A stretch of DNA of 34,874 nucleotides, taken from the NCBI GenBank assembly GCA_013572355.1, contig QBUV01000093.1, positions 1 to 34,874 on the forward strand, written 5' to 3'. Shown piece after piece: positions 17,420 through 26,289 of the stretch (position 1 is the stretch's first letter; each line of letters opens with the position of its first letter). The position numbers were made by a program, and so were the translations under genes. Source of the stretch: Candidatus Methanogaster sp. Its GTDB lineage: Archaea > Halobacteriota > Methanosarcinia > Methanosarcinales > Methanogasteraceae. The notes below the pieces were generated by a model. The model saw only the letters and a program-made list of their open reading frames with translations. It was not told the origin of the DNA and searched no databases.

Positions 17420-17517
17420 GAGGGCACGGTCTAAGAATCCAGTGATTTACCACCGCGGAGGGCGCAGAGGAACGCGGAGGAGGATAAGAACTCTTGCGTT
17501 CCTCCGCACTCTGCGGT
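17420..17517 (+). repeat. structured intergenic repeat, copy B (imperfect long palindrome)
   Basis: Same family and orientation as 11185..11279. CCGCGGAGGGCGCAGAGGAACGCGGAGG, a 10-nt loop and CTCTTGCGTTCCTCCGCACTCTGCGG form an imperfect hairpin of about 26 bp. It starts 47 nt after the dehydrogenase stop. Confidence 0.6.
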
Positions 17518-17599
17518 TATTTTCCTGACAGAAAGCACAGGATCGCAATCAGGAGACCGATCCGCATACCTGAGTAGTTACACTTATTGAACACATACC

Positions 17600-18448
17600 A
17601 TGACTCGACCCCCCGAACCCAGAGCCGCGTTTGCGCCGGCGCACATCACAGGATTCTTCGTGATCTGCCCGCATGAAAACCCCGTGATGGCAGGATCGCT
17701 CGGCTGCGGGATAACACTGGAAGCAGGCGTCACCACCCGCGTCGAGATCGGCGGTTCTGATGGTTCGCCATGCCTGACGGTCGGATCGGTCATCTCAAGA
17801 CTGACCCGGCGCCGGTGTTCGGTTCGCATCACATCTGACATCCCGATCGGCGCCGGGTTCGGAGCGAGCGGTGCAGGCGCGCTCGGCACTGCACGTGCAC
17901 TCAATCACGCACTATCGCTCGGTCTGACCGCAAGCCAGCTGACAGAGATTGCACACATCGCAGAGGTCGAGAACCGGACCGGACTCGGGGACGTCGTGGC
18001 GCAGTCGCTCGGGGGTGTGGTCATCAGGCGCACGCCCGGAGCTTCTGCGCGACTTGACCGGATATGCACGGATGCGAAGGATGTTTTCTGGGTCGTCTTT
18101 GATAAAATGTCAACAAAAGAGATATTAAACGATAAGAGTGCCGCAGATCGGATCAATCCTGCCGGGATTGCGTCGCTGCGTGAACTCTTGAAGCTGCCGA
18201 CGGTTGAGAACTTCATGATCCAGTCGAGGCGGTTCGCAGCCGGAACCGGGCTGATGAGCGATGCCGTATCCGATGCCGCGGACGCTGTCGAGGCGGCAGG
18301 CGGCATGGCATCACAGGCGATGCTTGGCGATTCCGTCTTTGCAGTCGATGTAACCGGTGGTGCGGGGTATGCGATCGAGTCGGCGCTCTCTGAGTTTGGA
18401 ACTGTTGGTAGGAGCAGAATCAATTTCAGAGGGGCAAGGCTGATCTGA
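17600..18448 (+). CDS. pantoate kinase (archaeal CoA pathway, GHMP-kinase family)
   Basis: 282 aa. N-terminal AFAPAHITGFF and the GHMP motif PIGAGFGASGAGALG. EVENRTGLGDVVAQSLGG resembles COG1829 pantoate kinases from memory. Confidence 0.78.
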   Translation: MTRPPEPRAAFAPAHITGFFVICPHENPVMAGSLGCGITLEAGVTTRVEIGGSDGSPCLTVGSVISRLTRRRCSVRITSDIPIGAGFGASGAGALGTARALNHALSLGLTASQLTEIAHIAEVENRTGLGDVVAQSLGGVVIRRTPGASARLDRICTDAKDVFWVVFDKMSTKEILNDKSAADRINPAGIASLRELLKLPTVENFMIQSRRFAAGTGLMSDAVSDAADAVEAAGGMASQAMLGDSVFAVDVTGGAGYAIESALSEFGTVGRSRINFRGARLI

Positions 18449-18460
18449 TCGGAGTATACG

Positions 18461-18481
18461 AAAAACCGCATCCCTGTTTTT
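18461..18481. terminator. bidirectional oligo-T terminator candidate between convergent genes
   Basis: AAAAAC-cgcatccct-GTTTTT gives a T5 run on each strand, directly after the pantoate kinase stop (+) and after the stop of the small membrane protein (-). Confidence 0.4.
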
Positions 18482-18490
18482 AGAGTCTGA

Positions 18491-18742
18491 TCAGAACGCA
18501 AGCCCCAGATAGTGGAGCACGATTACGAGAAGCGCGCCGACTGTTCCACCGATAGCGCATATCGCGATCACAACCCAGGTGTAAGCGATCTTGAGATCGA
18601 GCGCAAAATTTGCCAGAACCAGTATGACAAGACCGATGACGGCGTTTATTACGATATGCTTGGCTGTTTTTAACACCTTGTATAAAATAACCACTGCGAT
18701 TATTGCCAGCACGAGAATTGATAATTCAAGGACCCCTGTCAT
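18491..18742 (-). CDS. small integral membrane protein (BofA-like)
   Basis: 83 aa with two or three hydrophobic helices. It resembles the pro-sigmaK processing inhibitor BofA family from memory. It is the last gene of the U32 / DNPH1-like operon. Confidence 0.55.
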   Translation of the reverse strand: MTGVLELSILVLAIIAVVILYKVLKTAKHIVINAVIGLVILVLANFALDLKIAYTWVVIAICAIGGTVGALLVIVLHYLGLAF

Positions 18743-18775
18743 GTTTATCAGGTTTTATATTGGGCACGGCAGTAT

Positions 18776-19207
18776 TTAATCGTTACTGTCGCCAAGCGCT
18801 CCGGCAAATTCGTAAAGAATCTGTTCGAGGTCGTCCAGACTTGCGTATTCCATGACCCGCCCTTGCAGGTTCGGATTTCCAAGCACCATCGCAGAGACGT
18901 TCGCCCCGGCGCTGTGCACGCAAAGGACTGGCATCCCGAGTCCGAGCGCCCTGCAGACCTCGTAGCCGACGCCGGTTGACGGAACAGTGACCTCTGCAAC
19001 CATGCAGTCGCTCTCTTCGAGAAGTCCGAGGTCACGCAGGTATATCTCCTGCTCGCTCATATCTGCCTCTTCTTCATCCGAATCCAGGTCAACCACGTGC
19101 CAGCTCACGACATCGCACCCCACACTCTCCAGGAAATCGTATATATGCCTGTACACCGGTAGCATCTGCCGTCCGCCGCGTATCGATCCTGATAGAAATA
19201 TTCTCAT
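18776..19207 (-). CDS. 2'-deoxynucleoside 5'-phosphate N-hydrolase (DNPH1/Rcl-like; nucleoside 2-deoxyribosyltransferase superfamily)
   Basis: The ORF was trimmed to ATG 19207, which overlaps the U32 stop (ATGA). 143 aa. FLSGSIRGGRQ, MVAEVTVPSTGVGYEVCRA and VSAMVLG line up with the DNPH1 motifs FCGSIRGGRE, VVAEVTQPSLGVGYELGRA and LSAMIRG that I recall. Confidence 0.8.
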   Translation of the reverse strand: MRIFLSGSIRGGRQMLPVYRHIYDFLESVGCDVVSWHVVDLDSDEEEADMSEQEIYLRDLGLLEESDCMVAEVTVPSTGVGYEVCRALGLGMPVLCVHSAGANVSAMVLGNPNLQGRVMEYASLDDLEQILYEFAGALGDSND

Positions 19208-21789
19208 AAAACGCCTCTCCTGTAGTGTCCTGTTGTGTATTTCCCTGTTATACCTTTGCACGTACTTTGGATCTTGCCATCCCGCGCAGAGCATCCATCG
19301 AGCGCATCCCGGTACAACCGCGTGATCTCCCCGGCACGGTCGGACTCAACCACCCTCGCCTCGATCCTGATGCTCGAAACGCCGGCTCTGACAATAGCAG
19401 GGATGTGCTCGAGCATGCACAGTTCACTTGAATTCAGAAGATGCATCCTGCAGTCCATATCCATCATTAGCGGAAATGCGTACCCTTTCTCATCCACCAG
19501 TTCAAACCCACCATCCTCACACGGCGCAGTGCACGAATCCACGCCACCAAGTATCCCGCCAACCACACAGTGCTCTGATTCCATGAGCGTGATCCGACCG
19601 TGCACGATGCACTCGACCGCACCGTACTTTGCGATCTTGCGAATCTCTGCAAGCGTAAGTTCAGGCGATAGCGTAACCCGCCCTGCACCATGTTCCGCCC
19701 AGAACCGAAGTGACATCCGGTTAAAGACATTAAGCGGACTGTCCACGATTCTATCAAGCCCGATCTCTTCCGCGAGCCTGAATACGCCGTGATTGGACAC
19801 CAGCACGCCATCTACGCCGAATCTCATGGCTTTGGACATGGCATCTGCCACACCGCGCATCTGCGAGTCACTGGCGATTCCAGGCGTGTTCAGGTAGATC
19901 CTGCGTCCGCTCTGGTGCACATACCGGATCACAGTCTCGAGGTCGAACGCTTCCGCCTCCACACACCCTCCCCGGTACCTCTCGCCGCCCAGATAGATCA
20001 CGTCTGCGCCGCCAGCGACTGCGCTTCTCACGCCGTCCATACTGCTCACACTGACCGCAAGCGATACGGCAGACGATGATCTTTTGGAGGTGTCCGCGAC
20101 CTGCGCCCGCGGCTCTGTGGTTTGTATGATCCCGGCGGCATCCGCGGAACGATCATGCCGATGCCGGGTACGGGCGCCGCGCCGCCATCCGGCTATCCGT
20201 GCATCAGTAAGCCGCGATACGGCATCACTCCGAACGCGGTTTAACTGGCTGACCGGGATAAATATGTCGCCCCCGCCCTCGGTCCGGAGATCGATATCGG
20301 ATTCGGATGCTTCGAAGACTGTGTTTCCAAGTTTTGCAAGCTGCCGTACGATCTCTTCCCTTGTCGTTGGTCTGCTGACTGCACGCTCGATTACGTACTC
20401 CGAGTGTACATGGGCCGCGTTGTTGTCATTGTCCTCGATCCGCAGTCCGAGCGGTGAGCCGACCGCGGCTTCTGCGGTGATGGTGACAGGAATCCTCCGC
20501 AAGGGGGCTGGTGATGTAAACGAGCTCCTGAGCGAATCCATAAGCGGCTTATCGAGCGTCTTATAGACTGTACTTCCGGCACGTACCTGCGCGTCCGGTG
20601 AAGTTAGAGGTATATCGACAACCGTGCCGCTGCCGGCGTGATCCACCTGCCTGCCGCCTGCATACATCTGGCGGACGATCGTGCCAGAGCCGCCGTCATC
20701 CGCACCCGCACCCTCGCCCCCTCCATCCCCTTCAGCTCCCACCCCTGCCGCACCTGTGACACCGATCCCGTCCCCTGTACGAAGCGTACCTGAGAGTCTT
20801 ATGCAGAGACGCGTCCGGTCGCATCCGATGACCGTCCCGACGGGGATTCCACGATTGTATGGACGCCTGCGGCTCATCAGTTCGCCGCGTGGGTTTCCTG
20901 TGAAATATCCTGCCGTAAAACCCCTGTTGAAGACCTGCGCAAGAGACCGGGACTCATCATCTGTTACGAAGTACCCGGACGGGTCTTTTACGTATCGATC
21001 GATCAAGCCGCGGTATATCCGGGTCACGCAAGCCACGTATTCAGGTCGCTTGAGACGCCCCTCGATCTTGAACGAATCGATCCCTGCCTCGATCAGTTCC
21101 GGAAGAATCCTGCTCGTGTTCAGGTCCCGCGGGCTTAAGAGGTACTCGCCGTCCGTCTCTACCCTACGCCCACCAGTCTGCAACCGGTACCGCTTCCGGC
21201 ACGGCTGGGCGCAGACGCCCCTATTCCCGCTCCGTCCGCCGATCATGCTGCTCATGAGGCACTGTCCCGAATACGAGATGCAGAGCGCACCGTGCACGAA
21301 TATCTCGATCTCGAGATCGGTATTCTGCTTCACCTGCTTGATCTCGTCAAGCGTCATCTCTCTTGCAAGCACGACTCTCGTAACGCCCATATCTTGCAGG
21401 AACCCCGCGCCCTCGCTGTTGTGCACAGTCATCTGGGTGCTTGCGTGGATCGGGAGATCAGGCGCAAGCGACTGCACCATCGAGAGCAGTCCAATGTCCT
21501 GAACGATCGCAGCGTCCGCGCCCGATTCGTCGAGATGACGCAAGAGGGCTGCCGCATCGGCAGTCTCGCTATCCTTTATGAGGGTGTTTACCGCAACGTA
21601 CGCCTTAACGCCCCGGAGATGCGCATAGTCGATCGCACTTGCGAGTTCGTCGGGTGCGAAGTTGGCGGCGGACGCTCTTGCGGAGAGCGTGGTTGCTCCG
21701 AGGTAGACGGCGTCGCAGCCGTTTTCTACGGCAGCGATGAGGGATTCGTTGTTGCCTGCCGGGGCGAGGAGTTCTGGTCGGGGGGTCAT
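19204..21789 (-). CDS. tandem (fused) peptidase-U32-family protein, UbiU/UbiV / RlhA / TrhP-like
   Basis: 861 aa. Module 1 (aa 1 to about 330) has the U32 signature EIFVHGALCISYSGQCLMS and the Cys spacing C170-x6-C177-x15-C193-x3-C197. Module 2 (aa about 575 to 861) is a second, more degenerate U32 barrel (ECIVHGRITLMESEHC...DSCTAPC). A Gly/acidic low-complexity insert lies at aa 344-369. Confidence 0.9.
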   Translation of the reverse strand: MTPRPELLAPAGNNESLIAAVENGCDAVYLGATTLSARASAANFAPDELASAIDYAHLRGVKAYVAVNTLIKDSETADAAALLRHLDESGADAAIVQDIGLLSMVQSLAPDLPIHASTQMTVHNSEGAGFLQDMGVTRVVLAREMTLDEIKQVKQNTDLEIEIFVHGALCISYSGQCLMSSMIGGRSGNRGVCAQPCRKRYRLQTGGRRVETDGEYLLSPRDLNTSRILPELIEAGIDSFKIEGRLKRPEYVACVTRIYRGLIDRYVKDPSGYFVTDDESRSLAQVFNRGFTAGYFTGNPRGELMSRRRPYNRGIPVGTVIGCDRTRLCIRLSGTLRTGDGIGVTGAAGVGAEGDGGGEGAGADDGGSGTIVRQMYAGGRQVDHAGSGTVVDIPLTSPDAQVRAGSTVYKTLDKPLMDSLRSSFTSPAPLRRIPVTITAEAAVGSPLGLRIEDNDNNAAHVHSEYVIERAVSRPTTREEIVRQLAKLGNTVFEASESDIDLRTEGGGDIFIPVSQLNRVRSDAVSRLTDARIAGWRRGARTRHRHDRSADAAGIIQTTEPRAQVADTSKRSSSAVSLAVSVSSMDGVRSAVAGGADVIYLGGERYRGGCVEAEAFDLETVIRYVHQSGRRIYLNTPGIASDSQMRGVADAMSKAMRFGVDGVLVSNHGVFRLAEEIGLDRIVDSPLNVFNRMSLRFWAEHGAGRVTLSPELTLAEIRKIAKYGAVECIVHGRITLMESEHCVVGGILGGVDSCTAPCEDGGFELVDEKGYAFPLMMDMDCRMHLLNSSELCMLEHIPAIVRAGVSSIRIEARVVESDRAGEITRLYRDALDGCSARDGKIQSTCKGITGKYTTGHYRRGVL

Positions 21790-21894
21790 GTTGCTGGACT
21801 GTCTGTCGCCTGCTTCAGGCAGGGAAACAGTGCCTCGATGCTCTAATGTGTTTTTCGTGCGTGGAATTAACGATCGGTTGGTCGATTGTGGATT

Positions 21895-22242
21895 TCATAT
21901 CTCATCCTCTGGCGGAACGATCTTTTCAAGCTCATCGACCAAAGGAGGAAGGTCTTCGATCACGGTCTTCCACAGGATATCAAGATTGATGTCGAAATAA
22001 GCATGAACAAGGCGATTTCTCATACCAGTGATATTCGACCATGGGATTTGCGGCATATTCTCCTGACATCTATCTGTTACGTTAGCGGCTGCCTCTCCTA
22101 TGATCTCAATGTCTTTGACAAGAGCAAGCACCAGTTTTCGATCGGCGTCAAGGTCGCTTCTGGTTTTGTTCTCTGCAAAGAACAGAGATTCTCTGGCGGC
22201 ATCCAGCATGTGGCGCAGGCGTACCGGATCATCCCTCTGCAT
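21895..22242 (-). CDS. hepT: HEPN-domain toxin, DUF86 family (HepT-like)
   Basis: 115 aa with the Rx4-6H motif [13 protein letters not shown]. Its start overlaps the upstream MNT gene by 14 nt, as is typical for MntA/HepT pairs. Confidence 0.9.
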   Translation of the reverse strand: MQRDDPVRLRHMLDAARESLFFAENKTRSDLDADRKLVLALVKDIEIIGEAAANVTDRCQENMPQIPWSNITGMRNRLVHAYFDINLDILWKTVIEDLPPLVDELEKIVPPEDEI

Positions 22243-22534
22243 ATTGCACCTCCGCCGAGTTAAGCACCTTCTGCCTGAAATAGCGGCTCAGATCTTCTGC
22301 TGTTCGCAGGTCTGCTTTGCGCCCCAAGATTCCAGTCAGTTCGATCTCCATGCCAGCCAGCCGGATGAGTCCTGGTATGTGATCCGGGTCGAATTCGACG
22401 AGCAGATCAATGTCACTATCCGGTCCGAAATCCCCGCGCAGAACGGAGCCGAAGAGTGACAACCTCTGAACGTGATTTCTCTTGCAGAATTCGGCGATCT
22501 CTTCTTTTGGTAGGTCGATCCGTGCTCTGGTCAT
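22229..22534 (-). CDS. mntA: minimal nucleotidyltransferase antitoxin (MntA-like)
   Basis: 101 aa. The pol-beta NTase motif is [22 protein letters not shown]. Confidence 0.9.
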   Translation of the reverse strand: MTRARIDLPKEEIAEFCKRNHVQRLSLFGSVLRGDFGPDSDIDLLVEFDPDHIPGLIRLAGMEIELTGILGRKADLRTAEDLSRYFRQKVLNSAEVQYAEG

Positions 22535-22543
22535 TGTTTCACC

Positions 22544-22888
22544 TTATGATGTATACAGCACCTTCCCCTTGTCTATGATCCGCCTGATGAACGGATCTCC
22601 AATCCCCTTCCTATGTTCTATTTCATCGGGCGTGCGTACAATAATATCCATGGGCAGGAATCTGGGTCTCGCAATCCTGGATATCTCGGCTGCTTTGCGG
22701 ATGGGCGAGCCGTCCACATCCATTACGACCATGATATCCAGATCGCTCTCTTTTGTTGGCTCCCCCCATGCCCTTGAGCCAAAGAGGATCACCTTGTCCG
22801 GATGGAAGTGTTTCACGATCTTTGAGACCATCTCTGAAATAAGTGCGTCTGTGACGTCAGGAATGATTGGGCGAGCTGCATCGGTCAC
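22544..22888 (-). CDS. second, divergent nucleotidyltransferase-domain protein (orphan MNT without its own HEPN partner)
   Basis: 114 aa. The motif is LFGSRAWGEPTKESDLDIMVVMD, a different subfamily from the adjacent MntA. The GTG start overlaps the stop of the upstream 68-codon ORF (GTGA). It ends 9 nt before mntA. Confidence 0.85.
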   Translation of the reverse strand: MTDAARPIIPDVTDALISEMVSKIVKHFHPDKVILFGSRAWGEPTKESDLDIMVVMDVDGSPIRKAAEISRIARPRFLPMDIIVRTPDEIEHRKGIGDPFIRRIIDKGKVLYTS

Positions 22889-23091
22889 TCGCCCACCTCC
22901 GCGGTCTGGCTGCGGTGCAGATCGAACTGGGGCGATGGGTCGATGTGCGGGTCGTAGGCGTACGTCTTCTTCCCCGCGTCCCGGTCGGTCTCCGGGGTTA
23001 CCAGACCGACCGGGGGGTTGTTGGTGCGGCTGGCTTCTCTGTGGTCGTACTGCTCGATCGGTTTCTTTTCAGGTTTGCGGTGTTTCGGCAT
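22885..23091 (-). pseudogene. 5' stub resembling the N-terminus of a Type III-like (N6-adenine/N4-cytosine) DNA methyltransferase
   Basis: 68 codons: MPKHRKPEKKPIEQYDHREASRTNNPPVGLVTPETDRDAGKKTYAYDPHIDP... This matches the conserved N-terminal leader I recall (..YEHK..R.NNPPVGLVTP.TD.D.GKKTYAYDPHLDPQL.WAGK). It diverges before the WAGK block and lacks any methyltransferase catalytic domain. Confidence 0.5.
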
Positions 23092-23313
23092 CCGGATCGT
23101 CCCCCACGCTGTGGTCGTTTATTATGTCTTTATGTGGTGTGATCGCATATAACGGTTCCAGCGCATCAGAAGCCGCGCAGTGTAACTAATGCCTCGCCGT
23201 CGCCAGAACAGAAGACGATACCCCTTTACACGGCACATTGAACTGCCCTCATCAGAAGCGAAGGTCGGGCACATCCAAAACCTTTTTCTCAAACAGGCCC
23301 CCCATCCATAATC

Positions 23314-24480
23314 ATGGAAGACCATATCGAGTACTCAAGAAACACGTTGATGGACTTCATCAAATTAAAGCCGAAGGACATCGAGATCTGTGATGTGACA
23401 CTGCGGGACGGCGAGCAGGCAGCCGGGATCGCTTTTACTGAGCAGGAGAAGATCGATATAGCATGGAAACTGGATGATGTTGGCGTTGAGATCATCGAGG
23501 CAGGATTTCCGGTTGTATCAAAGGAAGAACTCGAGACCATACGTAAAATTACAAAGCTCGGACTCAATGCAAGGATCTGCTGCCTTGCACGCGCAAAGAC
23601 ATCAGACGTCGATGCCGCGCTGGATGCGAATGTCGATATCGTGAGCATCTTTATTGCAACGTCCGACATCCAGCTGCGCTACAAGCATCACATGACGATC
23701 GATGAGGCAACCGACTGCGCAATCGATGTCGTGGACTATGCGAAGGATCACGGGCTTGCGGTCAGGTTCGCTGCCGAGGATGCGACCCGCACAGATATGG
23801 ATGTGCTGAAACGAGTCTACCGGATCGCCGAGGCGCACAACGCGGATTATCTGAGCATCGCAGACACGGTAGGGATTCTTGATCCGAGTACCACGTATTT
23901 CATGATAAAAGAGATCAAAAAGACAACAAAGACCCCGCTCTGCATCCACTGCCACAACGACCTCGGAATGGCGACTGCAAACACGATCGTTGCTGCGGAA
24001 ACAGGGGCAACGCAGCTTCATGCCACTGTAAACGGAATCGGCGAGCGGGTCGGGAACACACCGCTTGAGGAGTTGCTCGTCGGGCTTCTGATCCAGTACG
24101 GAATCGATAAATACGATCTATCGCATCTCCTGTCGCTCTCGAAGATGGTGGAAGCGTATTCAGGGGTCAGGGTTGCAAAGACCAAGCCAATAGTCGGCGA
24201 GAATGCATTCTGCCACGAATCCGGGATCCACATCGCTGCGATGCTTGAGAATACCAGCACCTACGAGGTATTTTCCCCTGAACTTGTGGGCGGTGGCAGG
24301 AACTACATCCTTGGCAAGCACACAGGCAAGAAGGCGCTTAAGTTCGTTACCGAGCGGCTCGGCTACGATCTCGATCAGGAGCACCTCTGCGCTCTTCTCG
24401 ATAAGATCAAGGTCTGCAGCGAGGCGAAGCATGGGGTCTCATGCGACCGGCTCGCAAAGATGATCGATGAGATGGAGTGA
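23314..24480 (+). CDS. aksA: homocitrate synthase / short 2-alkylmalate synthase (AksA/NifV-like, HMGL family)
   Basis: 388 aa. Motifs are [28 protein letters not shown] and HESGIHI. There is no LeuA-type C-terminal regulatory domain, and the length fits methanogen AksA. The assignment among AksA, CimA and LeuA paralogs remains uncertain. Confidence 0.85.
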   Translation: MEDHIEYSRNTLMDFIKLKPKDIEICDVTLRDGEQAAGIAFTEQEKIDIAWKLDDVGVEIIEAGFPVVSKEELETIRKITKLGLNARICCLARAKTSDVDAALDANVDIVSIFIATSDIQLRYKHHMTIDEATDCAIDVVDYAKDHGLAVRFAAEDATRTDMDVLKRVYRIAEAHNADYLSIADTVGILDPSTTYFMIKEIKKTTKTPLCIHCHNDLGMATANTIVAAETGATQLHATVNGIGERVGNTPLEELLVGLLIQYGIDKYDLSHLLSLSKMVEAYSGVRVAKTKPIVGENAFCHESGIHIAAMLENTSTYEVFSPELVGGGRNYILGKHTGKKALKFVTERLGYDLDQEHLCALLDKIKVCSEAKHGVSCDRLAKMIDEME

Positions 24481-24496
24481 ACAGCGGGATGGTGGA

Positions 24497-25675
24497 ATGA
24501 CTCGCACGAAGTACATAATCCTCCTCGGCGACGGGATGGCAGATGTCCCGCTCCCTGAACTTGGCGGAAAGACGCCTCTCGAGTACGCAAACATCCCGAA
24601 TATGGATTACATCGCAAAGCACGGCAGGTGCGGACTTGCGAAGACGGTTCCCAACGGGATGCCTGCCGGAAGCGATATCGCGAACATGTCGGTTCTCGGA
24701 TACGCTCCAGAGAAGTACTACACAGGGAGGGGTCCGCTTGAGGCTGCGAGTATGGGAGTAACGCTCGCACAGGGCGAAATTGCGTTCAGATGCAACTTGA
24801 TAACAGTAGCGGACGGCGCAATCGCGGACTACAGCGCAGGACACATCACAAGCGAGGAGGCGGCAGAGTTGATCGCTTCGATCGATGAGGTGCTCTCATC
24901 GGATCGCGTCCGCTTCCACGCCGGGATCAGTTACCGTCACCTGATGGTAACAGACGGCATCGGCGCATCCGCGGTCTGCACGCCTCCGCATGACGTGCTC
25001 GGCGAGCCGATGGAAACGTATATGCCGGAGGGCGAGGACTGCGAGGCGGTCTCTGATCTGATCCGCAGGTCGGCGGCGGTGCTCGAGGGTCACCGGGTTA
25101 ACGTTGAGCGTATACGCGCCGGGAAGAATCCAGCGACGCATATCTGGCTCTGGGGGCAGGGAGGAGCGCCAAGTTTTCCCTCATTCGAGGAGATGTTCGG
25201 AATCACGGGTTCGATGATCTCGGCTGTCGATCTCTTAAAGGGGCTTGCCATCTACGCGGGGATGGATGTGATCGAGGTTCCGGGAGCGACAGGATACCTC
25301 GACACGAATTATGCCGGGAAAGCGGATTACGCTGTAAAAGCACTGGAGGACCACGATTTCGTGTACGTGCATGTCGAGGCGCCGGATGAGGCAGGGCACG
25401 AAGGCGACGTCGGAGCGAAGGTGCAGGCGATCGAGGATTTTGACGAGAAGGTTGTGGGACGGGTTCTTGACCGGTGTTCGGACTCGGTGATCATGGTGCT
25501 GCCGGATCACCCGACGCCGATACCGCTCCGGACGCATACCGCGGATCCTGTGCCGTTTGCGATTCAGGGGCACGGGGCTGACTCGGTATCACAGTTTGAC
25601 GAGAGGTCCGCGGCGGAAGGGTCGTACGGGCTTAGGGTCGGGAGCGATCTTGTGAGGATGATGATTGAGGGGTGA
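24497..25675 (+). CDS. apgM: cofactor-independent phosphoglycerate mutase, archaeal ApgM type (COG3635)
   Basis: The ORF was trimmed to ATG 24497 ([16 protein letters not shown]), which has a GGTGG SD-like sequence upstream. 392 aa. Metalloenzyme motifs are [21 protein letters not shown] and LPDHPTP. Confidence 0.88.
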   Translation: MTRTKYIILLGDGMADVPLPELGGKTPLEYANIPNMDYIAKHGRCGLAKTVPNGMPAGSDIANMSVLGYAPEKYYTGRGPLEAASMGVTLAQGEIAFRCNLITVADGAIADYSAGHITSEEAAELIASIDEVLSSDRVRFHAGISYRHLMVTDGIGASAVCTPPHDVLGEPMETYMPEGEDCEAVSDLIRRSAAVLEGHRVNVERIRAGKNPATHIWLWGQGGAPSFPSFEEMFGITGSMISAVDLLKGLAIYAGMDVIEVPGATGYLDTNYAGKADYAVKALEDHDFVYVHVEAPDEAGHEGDVGAKVQAIEDFDEKVVGRVLDRCSDSVIMVLPDHPTPIPLRTHTADPVPFAIQGHGADSVSQFDERSAAEGSYGLRVGSDLVRMMIEG

Positions 25676-25854
25676 GGACGTGTTTCTGCAGTATCTCCGA
25701 ATCCAAGAGAATTCACAAGCACATCGAGAACACGCAGGCTGAAAACCCCCTCCATTCCGGGAAGATTGGTATATAAAGTCAAAGGTTTCGGGACTGTACA
25801 CGAAGCCGCAAATACCGAAAAACTTAATAACAATATGAGACCGTTTACATTTGT

Positions 25855-26289
25855 ATGGGACAAACTGGAGCAGTTGTGGTATTATTTGTTCTTCTGCTCG
25901 CTGCTTCCGGGTGCATCTCCGATGGGAAAACTGTGATAAAGGCAAAGGTGCTCGTCGCAGAGAATGATGATGGAGATCCGGAGATCGTGAGCATCGATGT
26001 TTCCACCGAAACCGTAAGCGCACTACGGAAATATCAGGACGCTCCGATGAATACCCCGGGCGTTTATATGAAATGCATCCACAACCCGCAAGCTATGGGA
26101 TATTTTATCGGTTACTGGAGGTCTGTTGGTTACACAGGTCCCGGTGAATACGAGTTGATGTCCGAACTGAAGAAGCTGCCTGATGATGGCGACCGTATCG
26201 ATGTGATCATCACCATCGAGGATATGGATGAAACCGGACGTCAGGTAAAGCTTGCAAAAGCAACAAAACAATTCAGATGGGGCGATTAG
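25855..26289 (+). CDS. small lipobox protein of unknown function
   Basis: 144 aa. The signal peptide ends in LLAASGC. No family recognised. Confidence 0.6.
   Translation: MGQTGAVVVLFVLLLAASGCISDGKTVIKAKVLVAENDDGDPEIVSIDVSTETVSALRKYQDAPMNTPGVYMKCIHNPQAMGYFIGYWRSVGYTGPGEYELMSELKKLPDDGDRIDVIITIEDMDETGRQVKLAKATKQFRWGD

Noticed and set aside
23092-23313. Possible C/D-box sRNA on the minus strand (a CTGATGA C-box-like sequence, with CTGA about 90 nt downstream).
   Set aside because: Box spacing does not fit the 50-60 nt archaeal C/D architecture. There are no D' or C' boxes at the expected 12-nt guide distance.
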